The translations under genes and the position numbers were made by a program. From assembly GCA_000998135.1 (NCBI GenBank), contig LCCV01000011.1:4132-68131 (forward strand): a DNA stretch of 64,000 nucleotides, in the 5' to 3' direction. This document shows positions 27,691 to 37,494 of the stretch, piece by piece (within the stretch, counting starts at the first letter, position 1; every line of letters starts with the position of its first letter). The notes beneath the pieces were generated by a model, which was not told the DNA's origin, did no database searches, and worked only from the letters and a program-made list of their open reading frames with translations. This DNA is from Parcubacteria group bacterium GW2011_GWA2_42_14 (GTDB lineage: Bacteria; Patescibacteriota; Minisyncoccia; Sungbacterales; GWA2-42-14).

Positions 27691-28029
27691 GTGCCGCGCT
27701 CATTAAAGAAAGGCCCATACATCCATCCCTCTATCCTAAAAAAGTTAGGACGGCTTAGGGTTGGGGATTTAACGGTTATTAAAACCTGGGCGCGTAATTC
27801 AACTATAATTCCCGAAATGGTGGGATTCACTTTTGGGGTGCATAACGGAAGAATTTTTGTAAATGTCAATGTAAAAGAAGAAATGGTCGGTCATAAATTG
27901 GGCGAATTTTCCCCAACGCGTAAATTTTTGAGGCATGGCGGTAAGATGCAAAGAGAGTTGGAGCAAAAAGCCGAAGAAACGGAAAAGGGAAAAACAGCGG
28001 CCGCGGCAACACCCAAAGCTGGTAAATAG
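27691..28029 (+). CDS. rpsS: 30S ribosomal protein S19
   Basis: '(M)[17 protein letters not shown]' from the in-frame GTG at 27691. The ORF-track start at 27658 lies in a heptamer repeat. Confidence 0.8.
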   Translation: MPRSLKKGPYIHPSILKKLGRLRVGDLTVIKTWARNSTIIPEMVGFTFGVHNGRIFVNVNVKEEMVGHKLGEFSPTRKFLRHGGKMQRELEQKAEETEKGKTAAAATPKAGK

Positions 28030-28098
28030 CGACATGGGACAAGAGACATGGGACAAGGAACGTAAAACTTGTTACATGTTGCATGTCACATGTCACAT
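28028..28098. repeat. Family A heptamer-arm palindrome
   Basis: AGCGACATGGGACAAGAGACATGGGACAAGG...TTACATGTTGCATGTCACATGTCACATG. Confidence 0.7.
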
Positions 28099-28100
28099 GA

Positions 28101-28634
28101 ATGGAGGTCAAAGCACAACTAAAACATCTGCGTATGTCTCCCCGTAAAGTGAGATTAGTTGCCAATTTGCTTAAGGGCACTGGTGTTATCAGGGCTGAGA
28201 ATCAGCTGAAATTTTTGCCAAAGCGTGCCACCAGCCCCCTTCTTAAGCTTTTGAAATCCGCTGTGGCCAATGCTGAGAATAACCATAATTTAAAGAAAAG
28301 CAATTTATATGTTTCAAGAATTGCTGTTGACGGAGGACCCGTGCTTAAACGTATGCGCCCTAGGGCGTTCGGCAGGGCAGCTCAAATATTGAAAAGAACA
28401 AGCCATGTTAATTTGATACTTGGGGTAAGGGAAGGACAAGCTGAAGAATCTGTTCCGTTATACGCGCCCTTGAAGAGAGAAACAGTTAAAGAAGTTTCGG
28501 AAGAAGAATTGAAAAAAATAAAGGATAAGCAAATTTCCGAAAAGCCAAAGATAAAAAAATATGGGGAAAAACCCAAGTTAATGAAAAAATCAACGGATTT
28601 CGTAAGAAGAATGTTTAGACGCAAAGCCATTTAG
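28101..28634 (+). CDS. rplV: 50S ribosomal protein L22 (K/E-rich C-terminal extension)
   Basis: 'LRMSPRKVRLVANLLKG...'. Confidence 0.85.
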   Translation: MEVKAQLKHLRMSPRKVRLVANLLKGTGVIRAENQLKFLPKRATSPLLKLLKSAVANAENNHNLKKSNLYVSRIAVDGGPVLKRMRPRAFGRAAQILKRTSHVNLILGVREGQAEESVPLYAPLKRETVKEVSEEELKKIKDKQISEKPKIKKYGEKPKLMKKSTDFVRRMFRRKAI

Positions 28635-28635
28635 C

Positions 28636-28800
28636 GACATGGGACAAGAGACATGAGACAAGGAAAGTAGAGACAAGGGACAAGTGACATAAAACATGGT
28701 TTTTATTAACAGCTTTACGGATAATCCGTATTAGCGGTAATCCATGTCGCATGTTGCATGTTATCAAAAACTTGTCACATGTTATATGTTACATGTCACA
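28636..28800. repeat. Family A heptamer-arm palindrome, long copy
   Basis: Same arms with a ~60-bp internal loop. Confidence 0.65.
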
Positions 28801-28803
28801 GTC

Positions 28804-29484
28804 GTGACGCACAAAGTACATCCATATATTTTCAGATTGGGGCAAACCACGAATTGGAAATCGCGGTGGTTTAGTTTAAAAAATTATCAGGAATTTTTGC
28901 GTGAAGATATCTTGCTTAAAGAGTGGCTCGCCAAAAAATTGAAGACCTCGCACGTGTCTGATATTGAAATTGAAAGGTCTGTTAATATTTTAAACATTAT
29001 CATTAAAACTGCCCGCCCGGGAATTTTAATAGGCAGAGGCGGGGAAGGGAGCCAAAAATTAAAAAAAGAAATTGAAAAAAAGTTAATTGATATATGGAAA
29101 AGAATTCCGGTTTTAAAAAAGCGTCCCTTGCCTAAACGTGAAATAAAGCTGACCATTGAGGATATAAAATCCCCAAATACCAATGCCGCGGTTGTGGCGC
29201 AAAGTATTGCCGATGATTTGGAGAAGCGTATTCCTTTCCGTAGAGCCATGAAGCAGGTGTTGGAGAGAGTATCTTCCCAAAAAGAAGTTAAGGGCGTTAA
29301 AATTTCCATTTCCGGAAGGCTTGATGGGTCGGAAATGGCCCGTTACGAATGGCTGAAATCCGGCAGGATTCCGTTGCAGACTATTAGAGCCGATGTTGAT
29401 TTTGGTCAAAGAGAAGCCCTGACTAAATACGGGATTATAGGGGTTAAGGTGTGGATATACAAAGGCGATATTTTTGAAAAATAA
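28804..29484 (+). CDS. rpsC: 30S ribosomal protein S3
   Basis: '(M)THKVHPYIFRLGQTTNWKSRWF' from the GTG at 28804. The ORF-track start at 28744 lies in a repeat. Confidence 0.8.
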   Translation: MTHKVHPYIFRLGQTTNWKSRWFSLKNYQEFLREDILLKEWLAKKLKTSHVSDIEIERSVNILNIIIKTARPGILIGRGGEGSQKLKKEIEKKLIDIWKRIPVLKKRPLPKREIKLTIEDIKSPNTNAAVVAQSIADDLEKRIPFRRAMKQVLERVSSQKEVKGVKISISGRLDGSEMARYEWLKSGRIPLQTIRADVDFGQREALTKYGIIGVKVWIYKGDIFEK

Positions 29485-29565
29485 AAATCTGAAGCACATT
29501 GAAAGCAAAACACTTTGTTTTCAACGCCTAAATTTTAAACAAATTATAATTTTTTAAGTTCCAAA

Positions 29566-29826
29566 ATGAAAATAATAGAAAAGAAAACTTGGCCGGAATT
29601 TTTTAGGAAAGTTAAGGATGGAAAGAAAAATGTTGAGATTCGGCTGGCCGATTTTAAAATCAAGAAAGATGATATCTTGGTACTTCGCGAATGGAACCCT
29701 AAAAAGAGAAGCTATACTGGTTGGATTGTTAAGAGAAGGGTTGGGGCGGTTCACAAAGTTAATATGTTTAAATTTCATTCATTGTCAGAATTGAAAAAAT
29801 ATGGTTTGTATGCAATTGAATTTTAG
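29566..29826 (+). CDS. ASCH/PUA-like small protein inserted between rpsC and rplP
   Basis: 86 aa. Weak ASCH-like pattern; flagged for its position. Confidence 0.3.
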   Translation: MKIIEKKTWPEFFRKVKDGKKNVEIRLADFKIKKDDILVLREWNPKKRSYTGWIVKRRVGAVHKVNMFKFHSLSELKKYGLYAIEF

Positions 29827-29827
29827 G

Positions 29828-29919
29828 GCGACTCCAATACGCGAATGATATTCGAATGACTCTAATACGTGATTATTTATTCGAGTCATTCGAGTGAATT
29901 AGAGTAGTATTAGGGTCGC
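29828..29919. repeat. Family B palindromic element
   Basis: GGCGACTCCAATACGCGAATG...GAGTCATTCGAGTGAATTAGAGTA..TATTAGGGTCGC. Confidence 0.7.
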
Positions 29920-29926
29920 ATGAAAA

Positions 29927-30331
29927 ATGTTACAGCCTAAAAAAGTAAAACATAGAAAGTGGCAAAAGCGTCCTAAATTCGGTACTGAAACCCGCGGAAC
30001 GGAGTTGGCTTTTGGCTCCTTCGGCCTTAAAGCAGAAGAAACAAGATGGATTACCGCTCGCCAAATTGAAGCGGCTAGAAAAGCTATGACCCGTTATATT
30101 GAGCGAGGCGGAAAGGTTTGGATACGTATTTTTCCCGATAAGCCGGTAACCAAAAAGGCGGCGGAAATGACACTTGGCGGCGGCAAAGGAAATGTGGACC
30201 ATTATGTTTTTCCGGTTCGTCCCGGCAGAATTCTTTTTGAAATGGACGGTATTACCGAAGAAGTTGCCAAAGAAGCAATGCGGCTGGCAGGCCATAAGCT
30301 GCCGATTAAGACAAGATTTGTGAAGAAATAA
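29927..30331 (+). CDS. rplP: 50S ribosomal protein L16
   Basis: '[11 protein letters not shown]'. Confidence 0.9.
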   Translation: MLQPKKVKHRKWQKRPKFGTETRGTELAFGSFGLKAEETRWITARQIEAARKAMTRYIERGGKVWIRIFPDKPVTKKAAEMTLGGGKGNVDHYVFPVRPGRILFEMDGITEEVAKEAMRLAGHKLPIKTRFVKK

Positions 30332-30394
30332 TCGCCAATCAATCTCGAATTTATTTTCGAATTATCGCTAATCTGATTATTCGAGATAATTCTG
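30331..30394. repeat. Family E-related element
   Basis: ATCGCCAATCAATCTCGAATTTATTTTCGAATTATCGCTAATCTGATTATTCGAGATAATTC. Confidence 0.55.
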
Positions 30395-30415
30395 GAAGAC
30401 ATTAGTGAATGATTC

Positions 30416-30595
30416 ATGAAAGCCATCGAATTAAGCCAAAAACCCAAAGAAGAATTACAAAAACTTTTGAAAGAAAAGCGGAAACGCCTTGAGGAATTGA
30501 GATTTTTATCTTCTCAAGGAAAGGTTAAAAATGTGAAAGAGATGTCGGTAGTTAAAAAAGATATAGCCCGTATATTAACTTTGTTAAGGAAGTAG
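30416..30595 (+). CDS. rpmC: 50S ribosomal protein L29
   Basis: 59-aa ORF not in the track: 'MKAIELSQKPKEELQKLLKEKRKRLEELRFLSSQGKVKNVKEM...'. Confidence 0.7.
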   Translation: MKAIELSQKPKEELQKLLKEKRKRLEELRFLSSQGKVKNVKEMSVVKKDIARILTLLRK

Positions 30596-30678
30596 AAGCA
30601 GAACTACGCGATAAGTACGCAGAAACATGCTGAAATCAGCGTTAATCAGCGTACTCAATCAGCGTCAATCGGCTTCTA
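30592..30678. repeat. Family D element
   Basis: GTAGAAGCAGAACTACGCGATAAGTACGCAGAAACATGCTGAAATCAGCGTTAATCAGCG...GGCTTCTA. Confidence 0.65.
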
Positions 30679-30682
30679 AAAC

Positions 30683-30958
30683 ATGAGAAAATTAAAAGGC
30701 ACAATTATATCCAACAAAATGGCCAAAACTGTAGTGGTTCGAGTTGATAGTCTTAAAAAACATGAAAAATATCAGAAATTTTATAAGGTATCTAAGAAAT
30801 ATAAGGTTCATGATGATAAGGGTGAATATAAAGCCGGAGACATAGTAATGATTCAGGAAACAAGGCCGTTTTCAAAAGAAAAGAGGTGGAAAGTATCGGA
30901 GTTGGTTAAAAGGGCACAAGTGGCCGAACCCGAAGCTGAAAATGAAATAGCCGGTTAA
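30683..30958 (+). CDS. rpsQ: 30S ribosomal protein S17
   Basis: 'LKGTIISNKMAKTVVVRVD'. Confidence 0.85.
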   Translation: MRKLKGTIISNKMAKTVVVRVDSLKKHEKYQKFYKVSKKYKVHDDKGEYKAGDIVMIQETRPFSKEKRWKVSELVKRAQVAEPEAENEIAG

Positions 30959-31033
30959 GCGGGTTAAGTGAATTAAGTTAATTAAGCTTAACCTGCTTAA
31001 CTCGCTTAATTCACTTAATAAGTTAAAGAAGTA

Positions 31034-31411
31034 ATGATTCAAACACGTTCCATGTTAAAGGTAGCCGACAATACCGGCGCAAAACTTGTGCAGGTTATTA
31101 AGGTTTTGGGAGGAACCCGCAGGCGTTATGCTGCCCTGGGTGATGTTATTGTTGCTTCTGTTAAAATTGCCGAGCCGAGAAAAATGGTAAAGAAGAAAGA
31201 AGTGATAAGGGGGGTTATCGTTCGTCAGCGCTATCCCCAAAGACGTCAGGATGGTTCTTATATTCGTTTTGATGATAACGCTGTTGTTTTGGTTGAAAAA
31301 ACCAAAGAAGGTTGGGTGCCGAGAGGCGGTAGAATATTTGGACCGGTGGCGAGAGAATTGAGAGATAAGGGGTATATGAAAATTATTTCATTGGCTCCGG
31401 AAGTGGTATAG
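31034..31411 (+). CDS. rplN: 50S ribosomal protein L14
   Basis: '[17 protein letters not shown]'. Confidence 0.9.
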   Translation: MIQTRSMLKVADNTGAKLVQVIKVLGGTRRRYAALGDVIVASVKIAEPRKMVKKKEVIRGVIVRQRYPQRRQDGSYIRFDDNAVVLVEKTKEGWVPRGGRIFGPVARELRDKGYMKIISLAPEVV

Positions 31412-31493
31412 ATAACCACGAATTAGTCTCGAATAATTCACGAATAACACAAATTCGTGAAATTCGTTAAATAATTTGTGCGTAATTAGTGGT
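31412..31493. repeat. Family M1 palindrome (ACCACGAATTAG...CGTAATTAGTGGT)
   Basis: Inverted repeat ends plus an internal GAATAATTCACGAAT / AATTCGTGAAATTCG palindrome. Confidence 0.55.
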
Positions 31494-31802
31494 ATGAAAG
31501 TAAAGAAAGGCGACAATGTAAAAGTAATATCCGGTAAAGACCGCGGCAAGACCGCTAAGGTTATTAAAGTTTTTCCGAAAGAGGACAGGATTTTGGTTGA
31601 GGGCGTGAATATGAGAAAAAAGCATAGAAAACCAAGGCAGCAGGGCAAAAAAGGAGAGATTATAAATTTGCCGGCGCCAATGCATGTTTCCAACGTGATG
31701 CTGGTTTGCCCGAAGTGCAATCAGCCGACAAGGGTTGGATATGAAAAAAAGGACTCCGGACAAAAGTCCAGAGTATGTAAGAAATGCGGGGGAGAAATTT
31801 AA
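31494..31802 (+). CDS. rplX: 50S ribosomal protein L24 (with C-terminal Zn-ribbon)
   Basis: '[19 protein letters not shown]'. C-terminal CPKC...CKKC. Confidence 0.85.
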   Translation: MKVKKGDNVKVISGKDRGKTAKVIKVFPKEDRILVEGVNMRKKHRKPRQQGKKGEIINLPAPMHVSNVMLVCPKCNQPTRVGYEKKDSGQKSRVCKKCGGEI

Positions 31803-31807
31803 AAAAG

Positions 31808-31880
31808 TAATCGCGAATCAATCATGAATCTATTCGCGAATATTCGCGAATAAAAAATTAGAGATTGATTAGAAAAAGTG
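31808..31880. repeat. Family E-related element
   Basis: AATCGCGAATCAATCATGAATCTATTCGCGAATATTCGCGAAT...AGAGATTGATTAG. Confidence 0.55.
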
Positions 31881-32411
31881 ACCTTACAGGAAAAATATAA
31901 AAAAGAAGTTGTGCCAAAAATGATGGCTAAATTCGGATGGAAAAATTCTATGCGGGTTCCTAAAATTTTGAAAGTGGTTGTCAATACCGGCGTGGGAAAA
32001 ATTAAAGATGAAAAACAATTGCAGGAAATTGTTAAAATGCTGACCTTGATTACCGGCCAGAAACCGGCTTGGCGGCCGGCTAAAAAAGCCATTTCATCTT
32101 TTAAGACGCGAATAGGGCAGTTGGTCGGCTATACAGTAACGCTTCGCGGAAAGAGGATGTATGATTTTATCGGGCGATTGATAAATATAGCGCTTCCGCG
32201 AGAGCGCGATTTTAGGGGGCTTGATTCCAAATCTTTCGACAGAAACGGCAACTTGACAATAGGTGTTAAGGAGCATATTGTATTTCCAGAGATAATCGGA
32301 GAGGATTATAAGTTTTTGTTCGGATTGGAAGTTACTGTGGTTAACAATGCCCAAAAAAGAGAAGAGGGGATTGAGTTGTTGAGGATGATGGGATTCCCTA
32401 TTAAACCATAA
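31878..32411 (+). CDS. rplE: 50S ribosomal protein L5
   Basis: 177 aa. L5 core. Confidence 0.9.
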   Translation: MTLQEKYKKEVVPKMMAKFGWKNSMRVPKILKVVVNTGVGKIKDEKQLQEIVKMLTLITGQKPAWRPAKKAISSFKTRIGQLVGYTVTLRGKRMYDFIGRLINIALPRERDFRGLDSKSFDRNGNLTIGVKEHIVFPEIIGEDYKFLFGLEVTVVNNAQKREEGIELLRMMGFPIKP

Positions 32412-32413
32412 AA

Positions 32414-32482
32414 CTTATAACATGAAACATGAAACATGAAATCGAATAAATGATTCATGATTCATGGTTCATGGTTCATGAG
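32414..32482. repeat. Family G (AAACATG)n / (GTTCATG)n palindrome
   Basis: Second copy at 33143-33212, overlapping the rplF start. Confidence 0.65.
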
Positions 32483-32484
32483 AA

Positions 32485-32670
32485 ATGGCTAAGCAATCTG
32501 TAATAGCGCGTTCAATAAAAAAACCCAAATTTAAATCACGGGTGGTGAGACGCTGTTTTCGTTGCGGCAGGAAAAGAGGATATATGAGGGATTTTGATTT
32601 ATGCAGGATTTGTTTTCGCGAATTGGCGAACAAGGGAGAAATACCGGGAGTAACGAAGTCGTCGTGGTAG
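32485..32670 (+). CDS. rpsZ: 30S ribosomal protein S14 type Z
   Basis: 61 aa. '[23 protein letters not shown]'. Confidence 0.85.
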   Translation: MAKQSVIARSIKKPKFKSRVVRRCFRCGRKRGYMRDFDLCRICFRELANKGEIPGVTKSSW

Positions 32671-32671
32671 T

Positions 32672-32745
32672 CGCGACAAGAGACAAGAGACAAGAGACAA
32701 GGAATTTATTTCCATGTCACATGTCACATGTCACATGTCACAAGG
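32672..32745. repeat. Family A heptamer-arm palindrome
   Basis: (GACAAGA)4...CATGTCACATGTCACATGTCACATGTCACAAG. Confidence 0.7.
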
Positions 32746-33132
32746 GTGGATAACATAGCAAACATGCTAACTAAAATAAGGAACTCTTATAAGGCCGGAC
32801 ACAAAACGGTTGATGTTTCTTTTTCCAGAATCAATGGTGAAATTGCGGATATTCTTAAAAAAAATAAATTTATAGATGATTTTGAAAAAAGAGGAAAAAA
32901 GATAAAAAAACATTTGGAATTGGCGCTTAGTTACAAAGAAAAAATTCCGGCTATTGAAGAAATTAAAAGAATATCGAAACCGGGCAAAAAGGTTTATATA
33001 GGGAAAAATGATTTGTATTCAGTAAAGCACGGTTATGGAATTGCGATTATCTCCACTTCCAAAGGTGTTATGACCAATAAAGAAGCAAAAAAGCATGGGG
33101 TTGGAGGAGAGGTAATAGCGGAAGTGTGGTAG
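32746..33132 (+). CDS. rpsH: 30S ribosomal protein S8
   Basis: 'DNIANMLTKIRNSYKAGH' from the GTG at 32746. The ORF-track start at 32728 lies in a repeat. Confidence 0.8.
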   Translation: MDNIANMLTKIRNSYKAGHKTVDVSFSRINGEIADILKKNKFIDDFEKRGKKIKKHLELALSYKEKIPAIEEIKRISKPGKKVYIGKNDLYSVKHGYGIAIISTSKGVMTNKEAKKHGVGGEVIAEVW

Positions 33133-33142
33133 TTTATTTATC

Positions 33143-33212
33143 GTGAAACATGAAACATGGAACATAAAGCAAGGTTAACCATGATTCATGCTTCATGATT
33201 TATGATTCATGA
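33143..33212. repeat. Family G palindrome
   Basis: GAAACATGAAACATGGAACAT...CATGATTCATGCTTCATGATTTATGATTCATGAG. Confidence 0.65.
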
Positions 33213-33754
33213 GTAGGATAGGTAAAAAACCAATTCAGCTTCCTGAAGGTGTTTCCGTTAAAAAAGACGGAGATGTTTTAGTTGTTAATGGTCCCAAAGG
33301 GGAACTGAAAAGAAAGTTGATTCCTGATATTGATGTTGAAATGCGGGATAAAGTTTTTTTGGTTAAATTGGTTGGTAAGAGTAAAAAGGGGCCCGCGTTT
33401 TGGGGCTTGTACCGCGCTTTGGCGCAAAATATGGTTCAGGGCGTTAAAGACGGATTTTATAAAAAACTTGAGATTGAAGGTATCGGGTTTAAGGTATTGC
33501 AGGAAGGACAAAACTTAGTTTTTTCTTTAGGGCTTTCGCATCCGGTTAAGTTTGAAGCGCCGCCCGGAATTCAGTTTAAAGTTGAAAAGAATGTTGTTAT
33601 GGTTTCCGGAATTGATAAAGAGCTGGTTGGCGATACGGCCGCGCGTATTCGAAAATTAAAAGAACCCGAACCCTATAAGGGCAAAGGAATCCATTATGCC
33701 GGGGAAGTTATTAGAAGAAAGGCGGGAAAGAAGGCGGTTGCCGCTACCGCTTAA
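33209..33754 (+). CDS. rplF: 50S ribosomal protein L6
   Basis: 181 aa. L6 repeats. Confidence 0.9.
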   Translation: MSRIGKKPIQLPEGVSVKKDGDVLVVNGPKGELKRKLIPDIDVEMRDKVFLVKLVGKSKKGPAFWGLYRALAQNMVQGVKDGFYKKLEIEGIGFKVLQEGQNLVFSLGLSHPVKFEAPPGIQFKVEKNVVMVSGIDKELVGDTAARIRKLKEPEPYKGKGIHYAGEVIRRKAGKKAVAATA

Positions 33755-33844
33755 GGCGACTCCAATATGCGAATGCCATTCGAATGACTCTAATAATACA
33801 AAATTTATTCGAGTCATTCGAGTGAATTAGAGTATTAGAGTCGC
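33755..33844. repeat. Family B palindromic element
   Basis: GGCGACTCCAATATGCGAATG...CGAGTCATTCGAGTGAATTAGAGTATTAGAGTCGC. Confidence 0.7.
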
Positions 33845-33850
33845 TATAAA

Positions 33851-34237
33851 ATGAACAGGTTTAAATCAAAAAGAGAAAAACGGATTAGGCGGCATAATAG
33901 GGTAAGGGCTAAAATTGTCGGTACTCAAGAAAAACCCAGGTTTTCTGTTTTTCGTTCAAACAAGCATCTTTTTGCGCAATTGATTGATGATGTTTCCGGA
34001 AAAACTTTGGCGAGTTTCTCAAGTATGAAGTTAGGAAAAAATAAGAAAGTTAAAAGCGCAAAGAAGGAAGAAAAAATTAATGATGGCGGACGCGCTGAAA
34101 AAATCGGAACCGCTTTGGCCGAGAAAGCGTTGTACCAAGGGTTGAAAAAAGTTGTTTTTGACAGGGGCGGTTATGCGTATCACGGCAATATTAAGAAGTT
34201 GGCGGATGCGGCAAGAAAAGGCGGCCTTAAGTTTTAA
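33851..34237 (+). CDS. rplR: 50S ribosomal protein L18
   Basis: '[14 protein letters not shown]'. Confidence 0.85.
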   Translation: MNRFKSKREKRIRRHNRVRAKIVGTQEKPRFSVFRSNKHLFAQLIDDVSGKTLASFSSMKLGKNKKVKSAKKEEKINDGGRAEKIGTALAEKALYQGLKKVVFDRGGYAYHGNIKKLADAARKGGLKF

Positions 34238-34305
34238 TCAACAACTAATTACTAACAACTAACAACACGTGTTGTGGGTTGTGGGTTGTGGGTTGTAAGT
34301 TAATT
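34237..34305. repeat. Family F palindrome
   Basis: AACAACTAATTACTAACAACTAACAACACGTGTTGTGGGTTGTGGGTTGTGGGTTGTAAGTT. Confidence 0.65.
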
Positions 34306-34306
34306 A

Positions 34307-34756
34307 GTGAGACCAAGAAAAGAAAAATCAGAATATGACCAAAAAGTTCTTGATATAAGGCGTGTAGCTCGCGTGGTTCAAGGCGGGCGCCGTTTTAGTT
34401 TTCGGGCAACGGTAGTTGTCGGTAATAAAAAGGGTAAAGTCGGGGTGGGAGTGGCAAAGGGTCCGGATGTTTCCACGGCGGTGGAGAAAGCCGTGTATCA
34501 GGCCAAAAAGAGTTTTGTTATAGTGCCTATTACCAAGGGCGGCAGTATTCCTTATGATGTTTCTGCAAAATATTCTGCTTCCATAGTGAAGTTGATGCCG
34601 GCAAGTATCGGCGCCGGAATAATTGCCGGGGGTGCCGTAAGAACTGTAGCTGATTTGGCCGGAATTAAAAATATGTCGTCAAAGATTCTTTCACGTTCTC
34701 CCAATAAGTTGAATAATGCCATGGCCGTGATGGAAGCGCTTAAGAAACTAAAATAG
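34307..34756 (+). CDS. rpsE: 30S ribosomal protein S5
   Basis: 'RVARVVQGGRRFSFRATVVVGN'. Confidence 0.9.
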   Translation: MRPRKEKSEYDQKVLDIRRVARVVQGGRRFSFRATVVVGNKKGKVGVGVAKGPDVSTAVEKAVYQAKKSFVIVPITKGGSIPYDVSAKYSASIVKLMPASIGAGIIAGGAVRTVADLAGIKNMSSKILSRSPNKLNNAMAVMEALKKLK

Positions 34757-34823
34757 CGGCAAGAGACAAGGGACAAGAGACATGGATTTCCATGTCACAT
34801 GTCACATGTCACATGTCACATGT
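34757..34823. repeat. Family A heptamer-arm palindrome
   Basis: GCGGCAAGAGACAAGGGACAAGAGACATGG...(CATGTCA)4. Confidence 0.7.
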
Positions 34824-35258
34824 GTGCAATTACACCTTCTACAACCTAAAACCCATTTTAGAAAATCACGCAGAATCGGTCGTGGCGGAAAACGCGGCAC
34901 CACTTCGGGAAGAGGGACCAAGGGGCAAAAAGCAAGAGCCGGACATAAAATAAGGCCGGCTATTCGCGATATCATAAAAAAAATTCCCAAAAAACGGGGC
35001 TTTAAATTCAAATCATTCAGGACGAAACCGGTTGTTTTTAATTTAGCTGTTTTAGACAAGCATTTTAAAGAAGGCGATACCGTATCTTCGGAAATTTTGG
35101 TAAAAAAGGGATTAATTGATAAGATAAAGGGAAGAATGCCTAAGGTAAAAATTCTTGGCGGCGGAGAATTAAAAAAGAAACTGGTTTTTAAAGATGTTGA
35201 GTTTTCAAATTCCGTAGAAGCAAAATTAAACGCCAAAGCGGCGTCTAACATGGCGTAA
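34824..35258 (+). CDS. rplO: 50S ribosomal protein L15
   Basis: 'RRIGRGGKRGTTSGRGTKGQKARAG'. Start moved to the in-frame GTG at 34824 after the CATGTCA repeat. Confidence 0.8.
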   Translation: MQLHLLQPKTHFRKSRRIGRGGKRGTTSGRGTKGQKARAGHKIRPAIRDIIKKIPKKRGFKFKSFRTKPVVFNLAVLDKHFKEGDTVSSEILVKKGLIDKIKGRMPKVKILGGGELKKKLVFKDVEFSNSVEAKLNAKAASNMA

Positions 35259-35292
35259 TAAGTTGGCGTTTAGCATGCTTCTAAATTTATAA

Positions 35293-36558
35293 ATGTATCA
35301 AAGATTATTACAAATCTTAAAAATTTCCGATCTTCGAAAGAAGATTTTGTTCGTATTGCTTATGCTTGCGATATTCCGCGTGGCCGCGGCCATACCTGTT
35401 CCCGGAGTTGATAAAGAAGCGCTTAGAAGTTTTTTATCCGGCAACCAGTTTTTCGGGCTTTTGAACATATTTTCAGGAGGGGTTTTGGATAATCTTTCCA
35501 TTGCCATGCTCGGAGTCGGCCCTTACATTACCGCTTCAATTATCATGCAGTTATTAGGAATGATTTTTCCGCGCCTGAAAGAAATGCAGCAGGAAGAAGG
35601 AGAAGCTGGCCGTCAGAAAATTAACCAATACTCGCGTCTTCTAACTTTGCCTTTGGGGCTTTTACAGGCCTATGGCCTTCTGGTTATTTTAGTGCGCCAG
35701 GGGGTTTTGCCGAGTTTGGGACTTTTTGGTTTTGTTACCAGTATGATTGTAGTAACCGCGGGAACAGTTTTTTTGATGTGGCTTGGGGAATTGATAAGCG
35801 AAAAAGGAATCGGCAACGGGATTTCTCTTATGATTTTTGCAGGTATCGTATCCCGTCTGCCGGTGGATTTCGGGCAGGCCTTTTTTTCTTTCACCCCGGA
35901 CCAGCTTCCGATTTATCTTGTATTCGGCGCAATAGCTCTTGTGGTAATTGCCGGAGTTGTGTATATAACCGAAGCGCAAAGAAATATTCCCGTATCTTAT
36001 GCTAAAAAAATCAGGGGAAACCGCGTTTACGGCGGTGTCTCTACCCATCTTCCTCTTCGGGTAAATCAAGCCGGAGTTATTCCTATTATTTTTGCCGTTT
36101 CCATAATTTTATTTCCGGGCCTTATCGGAAGTTTTCTCGCGGGCGTGCCCAATGATACGGTTCGCGCCTTTTCCACTTTTTTAATAACTTTTTTCAATAA
36201 CCAATGGATTTACGGCATTGTTTATTTTGTAATGGTTTTTGTTTTTACTTATTTTTACACGGCAGTCACCTTTGACCCCAAAGCTATTGCTGATAATGTC
36301 CAAAAGCAGGGCGGTTTTGTTTTAGGAATACGACCGGGCAGACAGACCGCGGAATATTTATACCGTATTATTAACAGAATAACTTTGGTGGGAGCGACCT
36401 TTCTCGGAGTTATGGCGATATTGCCTCTTATAGCCCAGGCGACTTTTGCCATTCAGGCGTTTACCATCGGCGGTACCGCCCTTTTGATAGCCGTATCGGT
36501 TGTCCTTGAAACACTAAAGCAGATTCAATCGCAGATTGTTACTTATGAGTATGAATAA
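35293..36558 (+). CDS. secY: Protein translocase subunit SecY
   Basis: 421 aa, 10 TM segments, SecY motifs. Confidence 0.95.
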   Translation: MYQRLLQILKISDLRKKILFVLLMLAIFRVAAAIPVPGVDKEALRSFLSGNQFFGLLNIFSGGVLDNLSIAMLGVGPYITASIIMQLLGMIFPRLKEMQQEEGEAGRQKINQYSRLLTLPLGLLQAYGLLVILVRQGVLPSLGLFGFVTSMIVVTAGTVFLMWLGELISEKGIGNGISLMIFAGIVSRLPVDFGQAFFSFTPDQLPIYLVFGAIALVVIAGVVYITEAQRNIPVSYAKKIRGNRVYGGVSTHLPLRVNQAGVIPIIFAVSIILFPGLIGSFLAGVPNDTVRAFSTFLITFFNNQWIYGIVYFVMVFVFTYFYTAVTFDPKAIADNVQKQGGFVLGIRPGRQTAEYLYRIINRITLVGATFLGVMAILPLIAQATFAIQAFTIGGTALLIAVSVVLETLKQIQSQIVTYEYE

Positions 36559-36648
36559 TCACAAATCAATCTCGAATTTTTTCGCGAATGCCTGTGGTGA
36601 GCTCGTCGAACCATTCGCGAAAAAAATTAGCGATTGTTTCGCGAATAG
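36558..36648. repeat. Family E element (AATCAATC..CGAAT...GCGAATGCCTGTGGTGAGCTCGTCGAACCATTCGCGAA...)
   Basis: The 38-bp core is identical at 42597-42645. Related copies at 30331-30394 and 31808-31880. Confidence 0.7.
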
Positions 36649-37323
36649 GTGATCTTGCCCAAAGTTGTAATCTTTTTCGGCCTTCCCGGTTCCGGCAAAG
36701 GAACCCAAGCCGACGTACTTGCCAAGCACTTCGGTTTTTTTCATTTTGACACCGGCAAAGAAATTGAGAAAACGGTTCATAATCCGGCAAAACGCAAAGA
36801 CCCGGTTATTAAGCGCGAGGCTAAGTTTTTTGATACCGGGTTTTTAAATACTCCTTCCTGGGTTGAAGATATAGTAAAGAAAAGGACCGAAGAATATGCT
36901 GAAGCCGGCCGGAACCTTGTTTTTTCCGGCTCTCCCAGAACCCTGCCCGAGGCCAAAGGGCTTTTCAAGGTTTTTAAAAAACTTTTCGGGCTCAAAAACG
37001 TTTTAATAATCTTTCTTGATATAGATGAGGAAACTTCAATATTTAGAAACAGCCATAGGAGGGTTTGTCACGATTGTCGTATTCCCGTAATCTGGTCTAA
37101 AGAAACCAAAGATTTGACTCATTGCCCTTATTGCGGCGGAAAATTGGTTAAGCGCATCTTGGACAACCCCCAAATTATAAAAGAACGCATCAAGGAATAT
37201 CGTAAAAAATCCGAGCCATCAATGAAGTTTTTGAAAAGCAAAGGAATAAAAATGATTTGCATAGACGGAGAAAAATATCCGGAGGTGGTATCTAAAGACA
37301 TCGCGTCACATTTTAACAAATAA
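36649..37323 (+). CDS. adk: Adenylate kinase (Zn-LID type)
   Basis: 'GLPGSGKGTQA'. LID 'RRVCHDCRIP...CPYCGGKLVKR'. Confidence 0.85.
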   Translation: MILPKVVIFFGLPGSGKGTQADVLAKHFGFFHFDTGKEIEKTVHNPAKRKDPVIKREAKFFDTGFLNTPSWVEDIVKKRTEEYAEAGRNLVFSGSPRTLPEAKGLFKVFKKLFGLKNVLIIFLDIDEETSIFRNSHRRVCHDCRIPVIWSKETKDLTHCPYCGGKLVKRILDNPQIIKERIKEYRKKSEPSMKFLKSKGIKMICIDGEKYPEVVSKDIASHFNK

Positions 37324-37488
37324 ATTAACCTAATTATTCTAATTAACCATGATGAAAATTCACCTAATTCCTAATTACCTAATTCACCTAATAAAATTTC
37401 TAATGTACTAATACTTAATTTAAAATTTTGGAATTTGATTATTTTATTAGAAATTAGGTGAATTAGACAATTAGAAATTATTAAGTAC
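37324..37488. repeat. Family M2 long palindrome of (CACCTAATT)/(AATTAGGTG) units between adk and the adk paralog
   Basis: TTAACCTAATTATTCTAATTAACC...CACCTAATTCCTAATTACCTAATTCACCTAAT...ATTAGAAATTAGGTGAATTAGACAATTAGAAATT. Confidence 0.55.
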
Positions 37489-37494
37489 TTTTTC